Source: Octopus sinensis (taxonomy: Eukaryota). From it: a stretch of 64,000 nt of DNA. This document shows, one piece after another, positions 1 to 13,067 of the stretch (position 1 is the first letter of the stretch; every line of letters starts with the position of its first letter). The notes beneath the pieces are model-generated. The model ran no database searches. It saw only the letters and a program-made list of their open reading frames with translations, and was not told where the DNA came from. The position numbers and the translations under genes are program-made. The stretch is taken from NCBI RefSeq assembly GCF_006345805.1, contig NC_043009.1:28458001-28522000 (forward strand), in the 5' to 3' direction.

Positions 1-741
1 CTGGATGCCCTTCCTAACGCCAACCACTCTGCGAGTGTAGTGGGTGCTTTTATGATCCACCGGCACGAGGGCCAGGCAGGCATTTCTGTCAATGACCATG
101 CTCAAAAGGTGTTTATTACATGTCACTTGCATTGGAACCAGTCAGCGGCCCAAGAATTGATCACGTTCAGATGGTGCTTTTAAAGTTCCACTGGCACAAG
201 TGCCAATCAGGCAGTACTGTCATCGGCCATGTCAGCAATTTTGATTTCACTTGCCTCAACAGGTCTTTGCAAGCAAAGTTTATTGTCCAATAAAAGAAGG
301 GTACTGATAAGTGGGTTTGTTATACACCACTGTCATAAGCCACGGGTTATGGTCTCACTTGGCTTGTCAGGTCTTCTCAAGCACAGCATATCTCCAAAGG
401 TCTCAGACACTACTCATTGCCTTGGTGAGGCCCAATGTTTGAAGGTCATGCTTCACCACCTCATACCAGATCTTCCTGGATCTACCTCTTCCACAGGTTC
501 CCTCAACTACTAGGGTGTGACACTTTTTCACACAACTGTCCTCATCCATTCACAACACATGACCATACCAGTGCAGTCATCTCTCTTGCACACCACATCT
601 GATGCTTCTTAAATCCAACTTTTCTCTCAGGACACTTACACTCTCTCGTGTATGCACACCGGCATTACACATCCAGCAGAGCATACTGGCTTCATTCCTT
701 GCAAGCTTATGCATGTCGTCAGCAGTCACGGCCCATGTTTC
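1..741 (-). mobile_element. RTE-clade LINE 3' fragment (end of ORF plus 3' UTR), degenerate
   Basis: Minus-strand translation ETWAVTADDMHKLARNEASMLCWMCN...LREKLDLRSIRCGVQER..WYGHV..MDEDSCVKKC..EGTCGRGRSRKIW matches the RTE post-RT C-terminus (ETW...WxGHV...RGRPRKTW). The UTR sequence recurs many times in the window. Confidence 0.85.
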
Positions 742-754
742 ATATATATATATA

Positions 755-927
755 CCGGAGTAAACACATAAATGTGAAACAAGGTGGAAAAAAATAAAAA
801 AAAGAGTACTCAAATACCAGTGGTAGAGTAATATGCTTTATTTAAAGCAGCAGAAAATTCAACAAAACCTGTTACTCTGAGTTTCATGCTTCCGTTCGTC
901 GGACAGTTTTTGCTAGAATAGAACCGG
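755..927 (-). mobile_element. Short hammerhead-bearing element in (TA)n (Penelope pLTR / retrozyme-like fragment)
   Basis: Flanked by (TA)n with short inverted ends (taccgg...ccggta). On the minus strand it carries a hammerhead motif followed by AATAAA. Confidence 0.6.
869..906 (-). ncRNA. Minimal type-I hammerhead ribozyme motif (core variant CCGACGA)
   Basis: Minus strand: CTGT CCGACGA ACGGAAGCAT GAAAC TCAGA GTA ACAG. Stem I CTGT/ACAG extends to gcaaaaactgt/acaggttttgt, stem III is CTC-A-GAG, and the triplet is GUA. Confidence 0.7.
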
Positions 928-949
928 TATATATATATATATATATATA

Positions 950-1240
950 TCATGTGATCACGTGACCGACCAGACCATCAGATGCTGCTACACATCACTG
1001 GTCACAATGCATTCGCATTGTTTTAGCCTTCGAATGACACCACCCTGCTGGCTAAGCGAGCAGGCCAACAGAAGAAAGAGTGAGAGAAAAAGTGGTGAAA
1101 GAGTACAGTAGGTATCACCAACCCCTGGTGGAGCCTCGTGGAGCTTTTTAGGTGTATTCGGTCAATAAACACACACAACGCCCGGTCTGGGAATCGAAAC
1201 CACGAGTCCGCTGCCCTAACCACTGGGCCATTGCATCTCC
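950..1240 (-). mobile_element. tRNA-like SINE (family C)
   Basis: Minus-strand head ggagatgcaatggcccagtggttagggcagcggactc...ttcgattcccagacc has A/B-box-like motifs. Homologous copies at 14655-14865 and 32118-32230. Confidence 0.75.
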
Positions 1241-1253
1241 GTATATATATATA

Positions 1254-1401
1254 TATGACAGGCTTCTTTTAGTTTCTGTCTACCAAATCCACTTGCAAGT
1301 TTTTGTTCAGGCCGAGGCTATAGCAGTGTCACACAGTGGGACTGAACCTGGAACCATGTAGTTGGTAAGCAAGCTTCTTACCACACAGCCACTCCTGCAC
1401 C
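1254..1401 (-). mobile_element. tRNA-like SINE (family A), partial
   Basis: Minus strand ggtgcaggagtggctgtgtggtaagaagcttgctt...ggttcagtcccactg...gtggatttggtagac; this sequence recurs many times. Confidence 0.8.
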
Positions 1402-1736
1402 CATTCATTTTTATTTAATTCACTTTATTTTCAATCCTTTTTATTCCCTGCATGGTAGCTTAAAAATGAAATTGGTTGAAAAAGACTTTTTTGTTTATAA
1501 ATGTTCGAAAATATTTGGAGAGAAAACATCAAAAATACCTCAAGGGAATTGATGAAACAATTCTTTATTGTAACTGACCAGGTTCATCTTAGTAGAAAGA
1601 TTCTCTGCTGAGATGAAATTGGTGAGTTTCTGTGAGGATATGTACTTTTAATTCCCCAATTCCCTTGATGAAAAATATATATTCTTCAGATGTAGATGCC
1701 TGATGAATGGATTTGGTAGGTGGAAAAGGAAAGAAC

Positions 1737-3185
<1,449 letters not shown>

Positions 3186-3479
3186 CATTGTTGATGTTTC
3201 TATTGTTGTTATATTATTTAAAATTTCTTTTTTTTTTCATCTTTGGTTTAATATTTTCGGATAAAATGAATAAATTCTGTCCTCCCCACCACCCCACTCC
3301 CCATGCATCAACATTTTGAATAGGTTTCATGCTTTGTCCATTAAAGAGAAAAATTAGACCATTCTTAATATACAATGGCTAAAAACTGCAAAGAGTCACG
3401 ATCAGAAAATCACATTAGTCAATTGTTTTGCTATGGTTTAGTATTGTTTTTGTTGTTACTAATTCTATAATTCATAAAT

Positions 3480-3928
3480 ATATATTATATATATATATAT
3501 GTATAGAAGGAGAGAGATATGTATATACATATATACATATATATATATGTATATATATATGTATATATGTATATATATATGTATATATGTATATACACAC
3601 ACAAATGCATATGCATATACATGTGCATACATATGTATATATTCAAGTGCATATGTATAAATATATATATACATACATATATACACATATACATTGATGC
3701 ATATATATATATATATATATACATATATGTATACACACATACACACACATGTATATGCACATACACTCACACCAGCACACATGCACATATAAACACATGT
3801 AGGCACGCACACACACACACACACATATATACATATACAGTGATATAGATAGATAAATAGATACATATACATACATATGAATATATATATTTATGTATGT
3901 ACATATTTATATGTATATATAAATGTAC

Positions 3929-3978
<50 letters not shown>

Positions 3979-4782
3979 GTATATGAATATTCATATATAA
4001 TATAATAGTATTTTTTATCTTTCTTCTGCATTATTGCGAACTTTCACTTGAAATGGTAAAAGAGTGGAAGCAATTTTTTTTTTTCAAAATTTCTATTGAA
4101 ATTTTATTTCTGGAGCTGTTTAGCCTCTGGTGTGTATATTTGAAGTAGAATTTATGGCAAGGCACTACTGAATGGTAGGTATTACAAATAATTAAACATA
4201 CACAAACAGGTTACATATTAAAAGGCATTTCTCCTATGCCCCAATGAATTTTTGCATGTATAGCAATATTTGTGCATGTGTGTGTGTGTATGTATATGTG
4301 TTTATATGTGCATGTGTGCTGGTGTGAGTGTATGTGCATATACATGTGCGTGTATGTGTGTATACATATATGTATATATATATATACACACACACACACA
4401 TGTATGTATGTATGTATATATATATGTGTATGCATTTGTGTGTGTATATATATATATATATATACACACACATATATATATATATAAATATATATATGTA
4501 TATATATATACATACACACGTATGTATATATATATATATATATATTTATGTGTGTGTGCATGTGTATGTACATATACATCTATCTATAAAATAAGTATGC
4601 ATGTATGTATACACACATTTATTAATGTATGTATATATAAATTTATATATACATCTATGTCTTTATGTATATATGTATATATTTATGCATATATAAACAT
4701 AGATATATATACATTTATACATGCAAATATGTATATACATACAGATATCAACACACACGCACATATATATACATCATTGCAG

Positions 4783-4813
<31 letters not shown>

Positions 4814-4865
4814 CAAGCACACACACACATACACACTTACACAGACCTATACATATATACATACG
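3480..4865. repeat. Degenerate (TA)/(CA)/(TG) fields with an internal inverted repeat (about 3745-3798 vs 4295-4348)
   Basis: gcacatacactcacaccagcacacatgcacatataaacacat is the reverse complement of atgtgtttatatgtgcatgtgtgctggtgtgagtgtatgtgc. Confidence 0.85.
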
Positions 4866-5427
4866 GTTAGATTTTTGAAATATTCAGAATTAAAAGGTTT
4901 TGAAATTTTTGGAAACTTTTCTGTTTATGATTTATTATTATTTTAATTCAATTATTATGCATTATCACACAATTTACATGTATAGTGATTTTCCCCTTAT
5001 TCCAACAGAGAACAATTTTCTAATTTGTTTAATGTTACCAATGCATTAAAAATTGCATGTTCTTTTGTTTATTTTATTGCTGTTTGTTATATATTGTTTT
5101 TTTTTATTTTGCATTTAATTTATTCGTTCGAATGTTCATTAAATAATTTGTATATTTATTTCAGCTTGGGCTTTGAGAGGTCTGCATTTACTTAAAATAA
5201 ACTTGAAATGTCAATAGATTTTTTTAAAAAAATTATTGCAAGAATTCATGAACTGTTTAGACTATCTGCCTGTCTGCCTGATTGCCAGTTTGCCTGTATG
5301 TCTGTCTGACTGACTGTGTGTCTGTCTGACTGTTGGTCAGTTGGTCTGCTTGTATATGTTTAACACTCTAAGTATAACTCTCTCTTTCTCTCTCCATGTC
5401 TTTTCTGGCTATCTCTCTATATATTAT

Positions 5428-5459
<32 letters not shown>

Positions 5460-5706
5460 TATCCTTGTCATCATCGTCGTTGTTTAATGTCTGCTTGACT
5501 GAGGACTGGCAAGCCAGTAGGCTGCACCAGACTCCAATCTGATCTGGCAATGTTTCTACAGTTGAATGCCCTTCCTAATGCCAATCACTCCTAGAGTGTA
5601 CTGGGTGCTTTTTATGTGCCAACAGCATAGAAACCAGTCAAGTGGGCCTGGCATCAATCACATTTGAATAGTACTTTTTACATGCCACTGGCATGGGTGC
5701 CAGTCA
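5428..5706 (-). mobile_element. RTE-type 3' UTR fragment with (GAT)n tail
   Basis: Homologous to 1-230 (tgcccttcctaa.gccaa.cactc), with an (ATC)n tail on the plus strand. Confidence 0.75.
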
Positions 5707-6223
5707 TACATTACAAATGGTCATGATATCTGGGACTACAAAATCCTGCAAGACCTTCTAAACATTTAAAGAATTATGAACAACAGAAAATGCTTTTCTT
5801 CACAGCCTAGCTACTGAATAGGTGGTTGGTCAAAATGAACTCCAAATTAAAAAGAAAAAGAAAAGAACACACATACATGTAAGTATTTAACACATCATAA
5901 AGATATTACTATATATATATGTATATATATACATATATATATATATAGTAATATCTTTATGATGTGTTAAAAATTGTGGTTGACTCTGGCCAAGGAAGGT
6001 ACCACACTAAAATGAAAAGTTCCATGATGGATTCAAGGGATATCTCAGTTTGCATTGTAACCACTCTGAACCCTTGCTGCAAGGAACACCAAACATGGGT
6101 ACATCTGTACAAAAGAGACAACGATGATTTCTGAATTCTTATGCTTTGTATTGAAGGCCTCATTAAGACCAAATTCTTGTTCAACCTTGAATACCTTTGA
6201 ACCTTTCTCAATCTTAGAAAATT

Positions 6224-6888
6224 ACTATTTTTAAATCCCATAGTGAGAGATATTCAGCAAAAGTGCTTTGGAGTAAAGACTTTTGCCAACTCTCTGCTGC
6301 ATCACCATCATCATCATCATCATTGTTGTCATCGTCGTCATCGTCATCATACGTGTACCACATATATAAAGTGCACTTGTACTTTACTCCTACTTGTGGT
6401 GGCAGCTCCAACCAACACGTTCACCATGTCCCTCATGAATTCTGACCACATCTGATGGCAGTCCTGGTTTGGGACGAATGTTGCTGTAATTTAGCCCCAG
6501 GACTGCCATGTTATGTTGGCAAACAATCTTTGCACCAAAGTACTGTTGCTAAAAATCTCTGTTATGAGATTTAAAAACAGTGATTTTCTAATATATAGAC
6601 CAGTGACTAGTTGTTGCTTTGAAAATTATATATTTCGAACAGGAATTTGGCAGCACCACCTCTAGCCAAACAATTATTCTGTGCTGATGAAGGGAAATAA
6701 CCCGGAAATCATGATACACAGATATTGTTTTGAGCTGAGTGGGGGTGCTAGATTCCCTTGTTCAAAAATATAAAGACACAGACTGTGTCGTATAGCCAGC
6801 TGGGGATGATGTCACCTGGGGATAAATTACAGTAACATTCGTTCTAAACCCGGACTGCCATGTTATGTTGGCAAACAGTCTTTACTCC
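6224..6888. mobile_element. Retrozyme / Penelope-pLTR-like element: 352-nt unit (6500-6851), direct partial repeat (6852-6888) and interrupted inverted arm (6224-6501)
   Basis: ggactgccatgttatgttggcaaaca occurs at 6500 and 6852. 6459-6501 is the reverse complement of 6815-6857, and 6224-6290 is the reverse complement of about 6515-6591. A hammerhead lies at 6678. Confidence 0.7.
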
Positions 6889-7465
6889 TTTCTAAGTCTA
6901 CATAAAACTGAATATGGTACAGCAACTGTTATCTTACACCATCAAATCTATGGATGTTTGGTTTATTATATGAAATGAAGAACTGAGTGTTCAGCTTGCT
7001 TTGAAGAAAAGAATTGCATGTTGCACTTTGTCATAAACGAAGATATAAACTGCAGGAAAGCACTTTAAAAATAATGAATATTCTTTAAAAAAAAGTATTG
7101 CATTTTTGGTCTGACCTAAAAATACACTTTATAAATATGTGAATGGGGGCCAGATGTTAATTTGTAGTCCCAATGATACTCAGAACAGCATCTCTACATC
7201 ACAAGGATGAATGAAGACTATGGCTATGGTGTCTGTGCTATCTGATGCACTTGCTCTCCCAGTGGGGCATTATAGCCTCAACTGTGACTGACCATCAGAT
7301 GTGGTCAGAATTCACGAGGGACATGGTGAACGTGTTGGTTGGAGCTGCCACCACAAGTAGGAGTAAAGTACAAGTGCACTTTTTATATATGTGGTACACG
7401 TATGATGACGATGACGACGATGACAACAATGATGATGATGATGATGGTGATGCAGCAGAGAGTTG
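6287..7465. repeat. Inverted repeat: 6287-6458 vs 7292-7465 (near identical)
   Basis: Direct reverse-complement comparison shows only a couple of differences over about 170 nt. Confidence 0.95.
6678..6722 (+). ncRNA. Minimal type-I hammerhead ribozyme motif, canonical core
   Basis: TCTGTG CTGATGA A GGG AAATAA CCC G GAAA TCATGA TA CACAGA: perfect 6-bp stem I, GGG/CCC stem II, palindromic stem III (ATCATGAT) and an AUA triplet. Predicted cut is 3' of 6716. Confidence 0.85.
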
Positions 7466-7835
7466 AGATGGTGATAACAATGATGATGATAATGAGAAGG
7501 AAGAGGAATAAGAGTAGGAATAGAATATGAAAAAAGAAAGAAGGAGGAGAACACTGATAACGATGATGATGATGATGATGATGATAAGGATGCTGATGTT
7601 AAGATGATGAAAATCACAATAACGACAATGATAAAAACCATCACACAGATGATGGTCACTGTGATAATGATAGTGATGTTGATGATTATGATGTTGATTA
7701 TTACTGAAGGCTCTACCTAAGGGAATTAAGCAATGTTTTCATTAAAACTCTGAGACATACTAAACAAATCAGATACATATATGCACGTACATACATATAC
7801 ATATATATATACACACACACACATGCACACATATG

Positions 7836-7880
<45 letters not shown>

Positions 7881-8569
7881 ATGTATGTATGTATGTATGT
7901 ATGTATATGTACATATATAATAGCTACACAATGTTTCTAAACCTGCTCAGGCCGGGATTAAAATCCAGAGATTTAATTGTATCACTAATTTAATCTCCAC
8001 CAGAATTAATGTCATTAGCATTGCAGAATTTCAATTCTGTCAAATCAGTTAAATTATTAAAAGACATATTAATTAAATCTTCATCAACTTTCTAATCCCT
8101 ACTTAATCCATCAATTATCTTCAGTAATAATGTCGAGCAGACAATGTTAGCTGATTCAGGACTTGGGCAAAAAATAATTCTGCAAGATACAGAGATTTTC
8201 TTTTCATGTTTCTTACAATTCTTAGAAATATGATTCTTTATTATTTATTTCAGTTTTGTTTTGTATTCAGGTGCTGCTGTGTGGTGAAGAACTTTGTTTC
8301 CTAAATAAAGGAATTTGAGTTCAGTCACACATCCTCATGACTATAGCCTCGGATTTCCTAAAGCCATTGGGAGCAAATTTTGGTCAATGGAAATTGTCTT
8401 GTAGTACATTGGCAGCATCATCCTTATTGTTATGGTCATCGATTTGTAAACCCAAATTAGCTCTCGGCAAGCAAATCTGCAATCACAGGCACTCCATCTG
8501 TGCCCATCACACCGTTATTCCTATATGTAGAAAATCCAGGAGCACAGCGTCAAGAACACATTATCCAGT

Positions 8570-8870
8570 ATTTGCACCTAAAAGGTTGCCCCCCAAAAGT
8601 ACAGGTCTGGGTAAGGTTTTTGTGGAAGACCAGCAATCACCCATGCATACCAGTCTCCCTTCCCCACACCACCAATGTTGTCCAAAGGAAAGGCAAAGGC
8701 TGATACAACTTGACACCAGTGATGTCACAACTCATTTTGATAGCTGAGTGAATTGGAGCAACGTGGAATAAAGTGTCTTGCTCAAGAACACAATACACAG
8801 CCTGATCTGGGAATTGAACTCACCATCTCATGATTGTAAGCTCAATGATCTGTCTACACACTATATGCCT
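8570..8870 (-). mobile_element. tRNA-like SINE (family D)
   Basis: Homologous to 45495-45830 (aaataaagtgtcttgctcaagaacacaa...gaactcac). Confidence 0.75.
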
Positions 8871-9154
8871 ATATATAAATATACATATATATATATATAT
8901 ATAATAACAATATAATAAATAAATAAAATATATGCATATATACATACATATATGTACATACTTACGTCTACATGTATATATACCAGCATATATATATATA
9001 TATGAGTGCAGGACACCACAAATAAACATAGAACGAGAAACGAAAACAAAATCAAACAAGGAAACAGACTTTTTTTTAACAACGAAAAAACAGAGTACAG
9101 GACAAACAATACAAGGAAAATGTACACACTCACACACAAACACATATATATATT

Positions 9155-9432
9155 CTTTTTATCCTTTTGTTTCAGTGATTTGACTGCGGCCATACTGGAG
9201 CACCACCTTTAGTCAAACGAATCAACCCCAGGACTTATTCCTTGTAAGCCTAGTACTTATTTTATTGGTCTCCTTTGCCAAACTGCTAAGTAACAAGGAC
9301 ATAAGCACACCAACATCGGTTGTCAAGCGATGTTGGGGGGGACAAACACAGACACACATACACACATATATATGACAGGCTTCTTTCAGTTTCCGTCTAC
9401 CAAACCCACTCACAAGGGTTTGGTTGGTCTGA

Positions 9433-9436
<4 letters not shown>
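9155..9436 (-). mobile_element. SINE family A body (duplicated at about 10168-10450)
   Basis: Homology to 1737-1945. Confidence 0.8.
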
Positions 9437-9471
<35 letters not shown>

Positions 9472-9480
9472 ATATATATA

Positions 9481-9529
<49 letters not shown>

Positions 9530-9563
9530 CATACATACTCACACACATACGAGTATATATAGG

Positions 9564-9845
9564 GATACCAGTAATAATAGGTGCACATGGTGTTGTGAGG
9601 AAATGTCAAAGTGTCAAACTGAATAAACTAGGGTTTTCAGAAAAAAAAAAAAGCAGCCAACTTACTCACAGATTACAAATACATTCTGTAAGCGGAAAAG
9701 GAAAAATATGCAAGACTTTTCTCAGTTTCAAAATGCAGCATTTTCTTTCTAATCCACATTCTAAAGATGGTGCTTTGTATTTTCATTATAAAAACCACTT
9801 TCTTCATTCTTGAAAGACTTAAAAAAAAAATTATAGAACAGAACA
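9564..9845 (+). mobile_element. RLE-type non-LTR retrotransposon 3' end (duplicated at 10581-10862)
   Basis: [14 protein letters not shown]...LGFSEK...KICKTFLSFKM is homologous to IPIIIGALGFVSKCL...KICKTFLKFQM at about 41550-41720. Confidence 0.7.
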
Positions 9846-10448
9846 CGCACATCATCATCATCGTTTAACGTCCATTTTCCATGCTGGCATGCGCACATAT
9901 ATATATATATATATATAATAACAATATAATAAATAAATAAAATATATGCATATATACATACATATATGTACATACTTACGTCTACATGTATATATACCAG
10001 CATATATATATATATATGAGTGCAGGACACCACAAATAAACATAGAACGAGAAACGAAAACAAAATCAAACAAGGAACAGACTTTTTTTTAACAACGAAA
10101 AAACAGAGTACAGGACAAACAATACAAGGAAAATGTACACACTCACACACAAACACATATATATATTCTTTTTATCCTTTTGTTTCAGTGATTTGACTGC
10201 GGCCATACTGGAGCACCACCTTTAGTCAAACGAATCAACCCCAGGACTTATTCCTTGTAAGCCTAGTACTTATTTTATTGGTCTCCTTTGCCAAACTGCT
10301 AAGTAACAGGGACATAAGCACACCAACATCGGTTGTCAAGCGATGTTGGGGGGGACAAACACAGACACACATACACACATATATATGACAGGCTTCTTTC
10401 AGTTTCCGTCTACCAAACCCACTCACAAGGGTTTGGTTGGTCTGAGGC

Positions 10449-10479
<31 letters not shown>

Positions 10480-10480
10480 G

Positions 10481-10546
<66 letters not shown>

Positions 10547-10934
10547 CATACATACTCACACACATACGAGTATATATAGGGATACCAGTAATAATAGGTG
10601 CACATGGTGTTGTGAGGAAATGTCAAAGTGTCAAACTGAATAAACTAGGGTTTTCAGAAAAAAAAAAAAGCAGCCAACTTACTCACAGATTACAAATACA
10701 TTCTGTAAGCGGAAAAGGAAAAATATGCAAGACTTTTCTCAGTTTCAAAATGCAGCATTTTCTTTCTAATCCACATTCTAAAGATGGTGCTTTGTATTTT
10801 CATTATAAAAACCACTTTCTTCATTCTTGAAAGACTTAAAAAAAAAATTATAGAACAGAACACGCACATCATCATCATCGTTTAACGTCCATTTTCCATG
10901 CTGGCATGCGCACATATATATATATATATACATT

Positions 10935-10982
<48 letters not shown>

Positions 10983-11234
10983 CCCACATATATATATATA
11001 TATTTATGCATATATCTTCTGGCAACATCAGGTGGTTGCGTAATTTTGACATGCTACTTCAATGGCTCTTTAGTTTATTCCGTATACAAATATAACGAGT
11101 TGTTTCAATTACTGAATTGGTTGATGGCAAATTAGTAGAAAGAGTAACTAATAGTTGTGACAAACAGACTTCACATAATTTCTGCTCAAAACAGATTTTG
11201 CACACACACACACACAGACATCTGTATGCATATA

Positions 11235-11277
<43 letters not shown>

Positions 11278-11400
11278 ATGTATGTATGTATACACATGCA
11301 CATTATATATGATATATGCATGTATATAATGTATATATGTCTCCCAGTGTTTGTATGTGTGTATATATATACATATATATACACATATATGCAAACATAC

Positions 11401-11439
<39 letters not shown>

Positions 11440-11922
11440 CATATACATACATGTATACATACATATGCACATGTGCACACAAACACACACCTACATATAT
11501 ACGTATGTATGTATACTTTCTCGTTTATTACCTGAGGGTTACACCCACTGGGAAACATGAAATAATTAATTTAAAATGAATATTCGATCATCTAAGTAGT
11601 TTTTCATGTTTATTTTATTCAAGCAATGTTCCCCCACCCCTACAAAAAACACATGCGCACATTCACAAATCCACACACACACACACACATACATGCACAC
11701 ATGCTCACTGCTATTGAAGTTTTATTGTTCTATTAAACTTGATTATTTTTCCCACTCCTTCAGTTATATACCTCTCACCACTACTCATACTCTTTAAAGC
11801 ACTTGCAATGCACTACGTTGCCTTAGAAACACTTTTATTGCTGGTTCCTATATTTCACCTACGCCTATATTTACTTATCAAACAACCTGTGCATGTATGT
11901 ATGTGTGTGTAAGTGTGTAGAA

Positions 11923-12270
11923 GCACAGGTATGGCTGTGTGCTTAAGAGGTTTGCTTCTCAGCCTCATGGTTCTTGGTTCAGTTACACTGTAAGGCAAAT
12001 GACACCTTTTCTACTCTAGGCATAAGGTCCTAAATTTCTGGGGAGGGGGCAGTCGGTTAGATTGACCTCAGTATGCAACTGGTACTTAATTTATTGAAAG
12101 GGTGAAAAGCAAAGTCAATCTTGGTGGAATTTGAACTCAGAATGAAATACCACTAAGTATTTTGCCTGGCATGCTAACATTTCTGCCAGCTCACTGCCTT
12201 AAGGCAAGTAACATCTACTTTAGCCCTAGGCTAACTAAAGTCCCCTGAGTGGATTTGGTGGACAGAAACA
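11923..12270 (+). mobile_element. SINE family A interrupted by an antisense SINE family B (about 12006-12199)
   Basis: The family A head stops at taaggcaa (11991-11998) and resumes at taaggcaa (12200-12207), which looks like a target-site duplication. The insert reads aggcagtgagctggcagaaatgttagc on the minus strand. Confidence 0.7.
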
Positions 12271-12491
12271 ACTGGTATTTAAGCAGAGAGAATGAGTGTT
12301 CAAAAGTGCATTGGTTGAAAAATATTCTTTATTTCTGGGTTAACAAGGCAACCGATGGTTTCATGTGAAGATATCTTCACAATTGTTCAAGCATGTCACA
12401 TGGAGATTTTGGTACTCATCTCCATTTTGGTTGGGAACATACACACACATACATATACACATTCTCTGTTTAGTGCCATGATGATGTTGAC

Positions 12492-12528
<37 letters not shown>

Positions 12529-13020
12529 TGTGTGTGTGTTTATTGGAAGCAGGTAACTTTACTAATTGTTATGCTTAGTGTCAGGTTATTGGTTTTGGAT
12601 GGTAAAAAACTGGAAATTTGAAACTCAGAGTAATACTTTGTGAAAGTTTCAGCTTCCAGTAAATTCAACATAACTCTAAATTTTAAATTCTGTACTCATT
12701 TTCCTCTTTCTTATTTGGACTATTTTTGTACTAAAACATACATACACATATACATACATACATTCATACATAGATACATTCAAAAATATATACATACACA
12801 TATAAACATATATATATTTGGACACTCATAAATATACATAAAATTACATACTTATATATATACATTTATATTTGTGAATGTGGAGATTATAATTCATTGG
12901 TCTAGCTATATCTCTGTCTTTTAGTCTCTTGCTATGTATGTGTGTATAAATGTATGCATGTGTGCACATACACACATCTTTACATATACATGCACATGCG
13001 CATATACACACACAGATGTG

Positions 13021-13067
<47 letters not shown>

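Larger units (their letters stand above)
8885..10930 (+). repeat. Near-perfect tandem duplication, unit about 1015 bp
   Basis: About 8885-9900 repeats at about 9900-10930 (offset 1014-1017). The junction lies in (TA)n, with few differences outside microsatellites. Confidence 0.95.

Noticed and set aside
1582-1621. Possible plus-strand micro-exons (also 34518-34567 and 40269-40288)
   Set aside because: AG/GT-bounded, but the peptides are unrecognisable and cannot be joined into a gene model.
8070-8130. Minus-strand CTGAAGA...GAAA with a weak AT stem II
   Set aside because: No stem III or cleavage triplet; expected by chance in AT-rich DNA.
11800-11822. Partial similarity to the miR-33 reverse complement (and a miR-29-like 11-mer at 13282)
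   Set aside because: Matches are short and there is no precursor hairpin.
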